Program-made: the position numbers and the translations under genes | Notes under the pieces: model-generated | Told to the model about the DNA's origin: nothing | Seen by the model: the letters and a program-made list of their open reading frames with translations, nothing else | Databases searched by the model: none | Shown: positions 29,705 through 31,582 of the stretch, piece by piece | Position numbering within the stretch: position 1 is the stretch's first letter | How the letters are laid out: each line of letters begins with the position of its first letter | NCBI GenBank assembly: GCA_017502465.1 | Contig: JAFVUY010000119.1 | Span: 1-31,582 of the forward strand | Length of the DNA stretch: 31,582 nt | Source: Bacilli bacterium | GTDB lineage: Bacteria; Bacillota_I; Bacilli_A; RFN20; CAG-826 | Reading direction: 5' to 3'

Positions 29705-30196
29705 TTAAAGGCGTTCATAAGTTATAAATTGATAATCAATATCTTCAAAAGTTTTTATATCACTCATATCAACAATAGCCCACGAAGAATCTTTATCAAC
29801 ATTTGGGAAATAGGCATCTATGTTATTATGTGATTTATAAATTTTAGTTAAATAAATCACATCGCAAATATCTAAATATTCAGCATAGGTGCGGGCCCCG
29901 CCAATAATAAATACTGTTTCTTCTGGATGATCTTCCAACCAATAGCCGAATTCCTTTTCAGTCATTCGTAAATATTCATCGTGCGGATAAACCTCTTTTT
30001 TTCTGCTTAAAATAATATTTCTACGATTGGGCAAAGGTTTTTTAGGTAAAGACCTCCAAGTATTAGTTCCCATAACTACTGTATGTCTAGTAGTAAGTTC
30101 CTTAAATCTCTTTAAGTCTTCTGGAATATTTTCCAATAGTTGATTATTATAACCAATACCCCAATCGTTATCAACTGCTACAATTGCCGCAATCAT
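29705..30196 (-). CDS. folA: dihydrofolate reductase
   Basis: MIAAIVAVDNDWGIGYNNQLLENIPEDLKRFKELTTRHTVVMGTNTWRSLPKKPLPNRRNIILS is the canonical DHFR N-terminus. 163 aa. Confidence 0.8.
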   Translation of the reverse strand: MIAAIVAVDNDWGIGYNNQLLENIPEDLKRFKELTTRHTVVMGTNTWRSLPKKPLPNRRNIILSRKKEVYPHDEYLRMTEKEFGYWLEDHPEETVFIIGGARTYAEYLDICDVIYLTKIYKSHNNIDAYFPNVDKDSSWAIVDMSDIKTFEDIDYQFITYERL

Positions 30197-30198
30197 AA

Positions 30199-31077
30199 TT
30201 AGATACCTAAATCAAATTTCAACTGAGGCTTCATAGATTCATAATCCATCATGCTGAAGTCATCAATGGTGAAATCATAAAAATTGGTTTTTTCTGGATT
30301 AATATGAAGCATTGGCTTAGGTAAATCTGCCTTAATCCAATTGTCGCCACTCCATTCAGCCGCCTCTCTCTCATTAAAACGAGCAAACATTTCGCCTGCC
30401 TGTTCAATGTGACGGTCATAGATATGTTCATTTGCTACGAAATGACTAAACCTACCAGGCTTATAACCAGTATGTCTAGCAATCATCATTAGTAAAGCCG
30501 CATATTGAACTTCATTAATGCCGCCAGGTCCAGAAGCAGTTAACATATCGCCACTACGCTGAATTAAAACCATATCAAGGTATTCTCCACGAACATTCCA
30601 GATTGTCATAAAAGCACAAGGTGCCAGACCGGGTCCGCTACGCAAATCATCTTCCTGCCACAAAGACATGACCTTGCGGCGGCCGTATGGGTCATTTTTA
30701 ATATCTTCAATAAGACGATTTAGTAAGTCATAATGCTTAACAGTAGCACCATAGCGCTGACCGATAGTACCATCGCCAATATCCCAGTCGCCCCACCAGG
30801 TAACACCCATTTCTTCCATTTCACTAATTACATTAGTAGGCTTCTGGTAGATGGTAAAAATTTCTTTAATACCAGTCTTCCAAGCGATAGGTCTTAAAGT
30901 ACAGATAGGAAATTCTCCCTTTGCCAAATCATAAGTTCTAAAAGTATGATTTATAAAAATACTATGAGCAGGAACGCCATCGGAATATTTAGGACGAGGG
31001 TTAATGTCCTTAATACCATCCATTCTAATGCGAGTAATTATATCACTCATATAGTAATCTGCTTTTGTTAATACCAT
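30199..31077 (-). CDS. thyA: thymidylate synthase family protein (ThyA-like; divergent N-terminal phosphate-binding region, PCA instead of PCH)
   Basis: Active-site Cys context LAPCAF. YGRRKVMSLW (Arg pair), LIQRSGD, GIN...YALL, TWWGDW. Adjacent to folA. Confidence 0.7.
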   Translation of the reverse strand: MVLTKADYYMSDIITRIRMDGIKDINPRPKYSDGVPAHSIFINHTFRTYDLAKGEFPICTLRPIAWKTGIKEIFTIYQKPTNVISEMEEMGVTWWGDWDIGDGTIGQRYGATVKHYDLLNRLIEDIKNDPYGRRKVMSLWQEDDLRSGPGLAPCAFMTIWNVRGEYLDMVLIQRSGDMLTASGPGGINEVQYAALLMMIARHTGYKPGRFSHFVANEHIYDRHIEQAGEMFARFNEREAAEWSGDNWIKADLPKPMLHINPEKTNFYDFTIDDFSMMDYESMKPQLKFDLGI

Positions 31078-31082
31078 TTTTA

Positions 31083-31367
31083 TTACTCCTTATTCATAGT
31101 AAAACCAATAAATTTATCTGCGTTAGGGATAATATATTTTACATATTTATCCAAATCATCAATTACATAAGGGGTATCATCCAGCAGGTCAGGTTCATAT
31201 GCTAAATCTTCATAACTGTAAAATCTTACACCAGAAATGCCATATGCGTGTGCTTTTTCCTGCATTGCTCTTGGATTAGAACATACAACAGCAGCACCCA
31301 CCATTTTAGCATACTTAATTAACTTTTGAGTCTTTCCGCTACCTACGGACTCAATAATCTTATACAT
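31083..31367 (-). CDS. small P-loop-containing hypothetical protein (94 aa)
   Basis: ESVGSGKTQKL Walker-A-like segment near the N-terminus. Too short for a complete kinase, so it is possibly a fragment. Confidence 0.35.
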   Translation of the reverse strand: MYKIIESVGSGKTQKLIKYAKMVGAAVVCSNPRAMQEKAHAYGISGVRFYSYEDLAYEPDLLDDTPYVIDDLDKYVKYIIPNADKFIGFTMNKE

Positions 31368-31377
31368 AATATACTCC

Positions 31378-31582
31378 TTATTTTATACTATATCCAAATT
31401 CTTTTGCTTTATAAAAATTCTGCCAATAATCTTCTCGTTCATTTAATTGAGAACGGTCACATTCTTCAATAATTTCAAATGAAAAATTTTCTACTCCAAT
31501 AGACAACATAGCAGGATAAAGTTTATTGCGGGTTAGAGGCTCTGCTCCTATACCTCGCTTGATATGTTGCTTCCAACGGTCC
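31378..31582 (-). CDS. GIY-YIG homing-endonuclease-like protein, C-terminal part only (start lies beyond the window end)
   Basis: Open minus-strand frame to TAA 31380-31378. It encodes ...RWKQHIKRG...LYPAMLSIGVENFSFEIIEECDRSQLNEREDYWQNFYKAKEFGYSIK, which matches the second half of the GIY-YIG catalytic domain (R..H...N...E; Seg/I-TevI-like). Confidence 0.55.
   Translation of the reverse strand, partial: DRWKQHIKRGIGAEPLTRNKLYPAMLSIGVENFSFEIIEECDRSQLNEREDYWQNFYKAKEFGYSIK

Noticed and set aside
1-31582. UGA-to-Trp (Mycoplasma/Spiroplasma code 4) as the explanation for fragmented ORFs
   Set aside because: The interrupting codon is always TAG. TGA terminates several genes at positions with proper downstream RBS or terminators (4434, 5266, 8189, 9480, 20260, 20770, 22491, 24746).
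1-31582. tRNA (including an amber suppressor), CRISPR array or rRNA in the window
   Set aside because: Intergenic spaces are short and contain only hairpin terminators, promoters and RBSs. No cloverleaf-compatible segment (GTTC/T-loop) and no direct-repeat array were seen by eye. A suppressor tRNA, if present, must lie elsewhere in the genome.

Overview
This window is an AT-rich (about 30% GC) stretch of a bacteriophage genome. Strong AGGAGG-type Shine-Dalgarno sites, a Holin_LLH-like holin, an anaerobic class III ribonucleotide reductase (NrdD/NrdG) and BspA-type leucine-rich repeats point to a low-GC Gram-positive (Firmicutes-like), anaerobic host, probably from the gut.

Two convergent gene blocks meet at a bidirectional terminator (7622-7655).
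- Plus strand, 1-7621: a leucine-rich-repeat protein, Ig-like-domain fibre-like proteins, a holin, and an unusual set of low-complexity proteins, one with a BclA C-terminal-domain-like fold.
- Minus strand, 7658-31582: nucleotide metabolism and replication genes. In order these are a RuvC-like resolvase, dUTPase, NrdD/NrdG, a guanylate-kinase-like kinase, a DnaE-type PolIII alpha, a Dda/RecD-like helicase, an N6-adenine methyltransferase, a RecJ-like DHH phosphoesterase, DnaG primase, DnaB helicase, a Sak4-like ATPase, DHFR and a ThyA-like thymidylate synthase. Three homing-endonuclease genes (HNH, zinc-finger/PD-(D/E)XK, GIY-YIG) sit among them.

The central observation is that TAG is read as a sense codon on both strands. 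Adjacent fragments in the supplied ORF track are single genes interrupted only by in-frame TAG, and conserved motifs continue across those TAGs, while TAA and TGA terminate genes normally. The fragmented ORFs should therefore be merged.

TAG density is strikingly uneven. The core replisome and dNTP-synthesis genes have no TAG (one exception: a single TAG in the NrdD ATP-cone), whereas recombination, homing-endonuclease and all plus-strand genes carry TAG. No suppressor tRNA, CRISPR array or rRNA is visible in this window.
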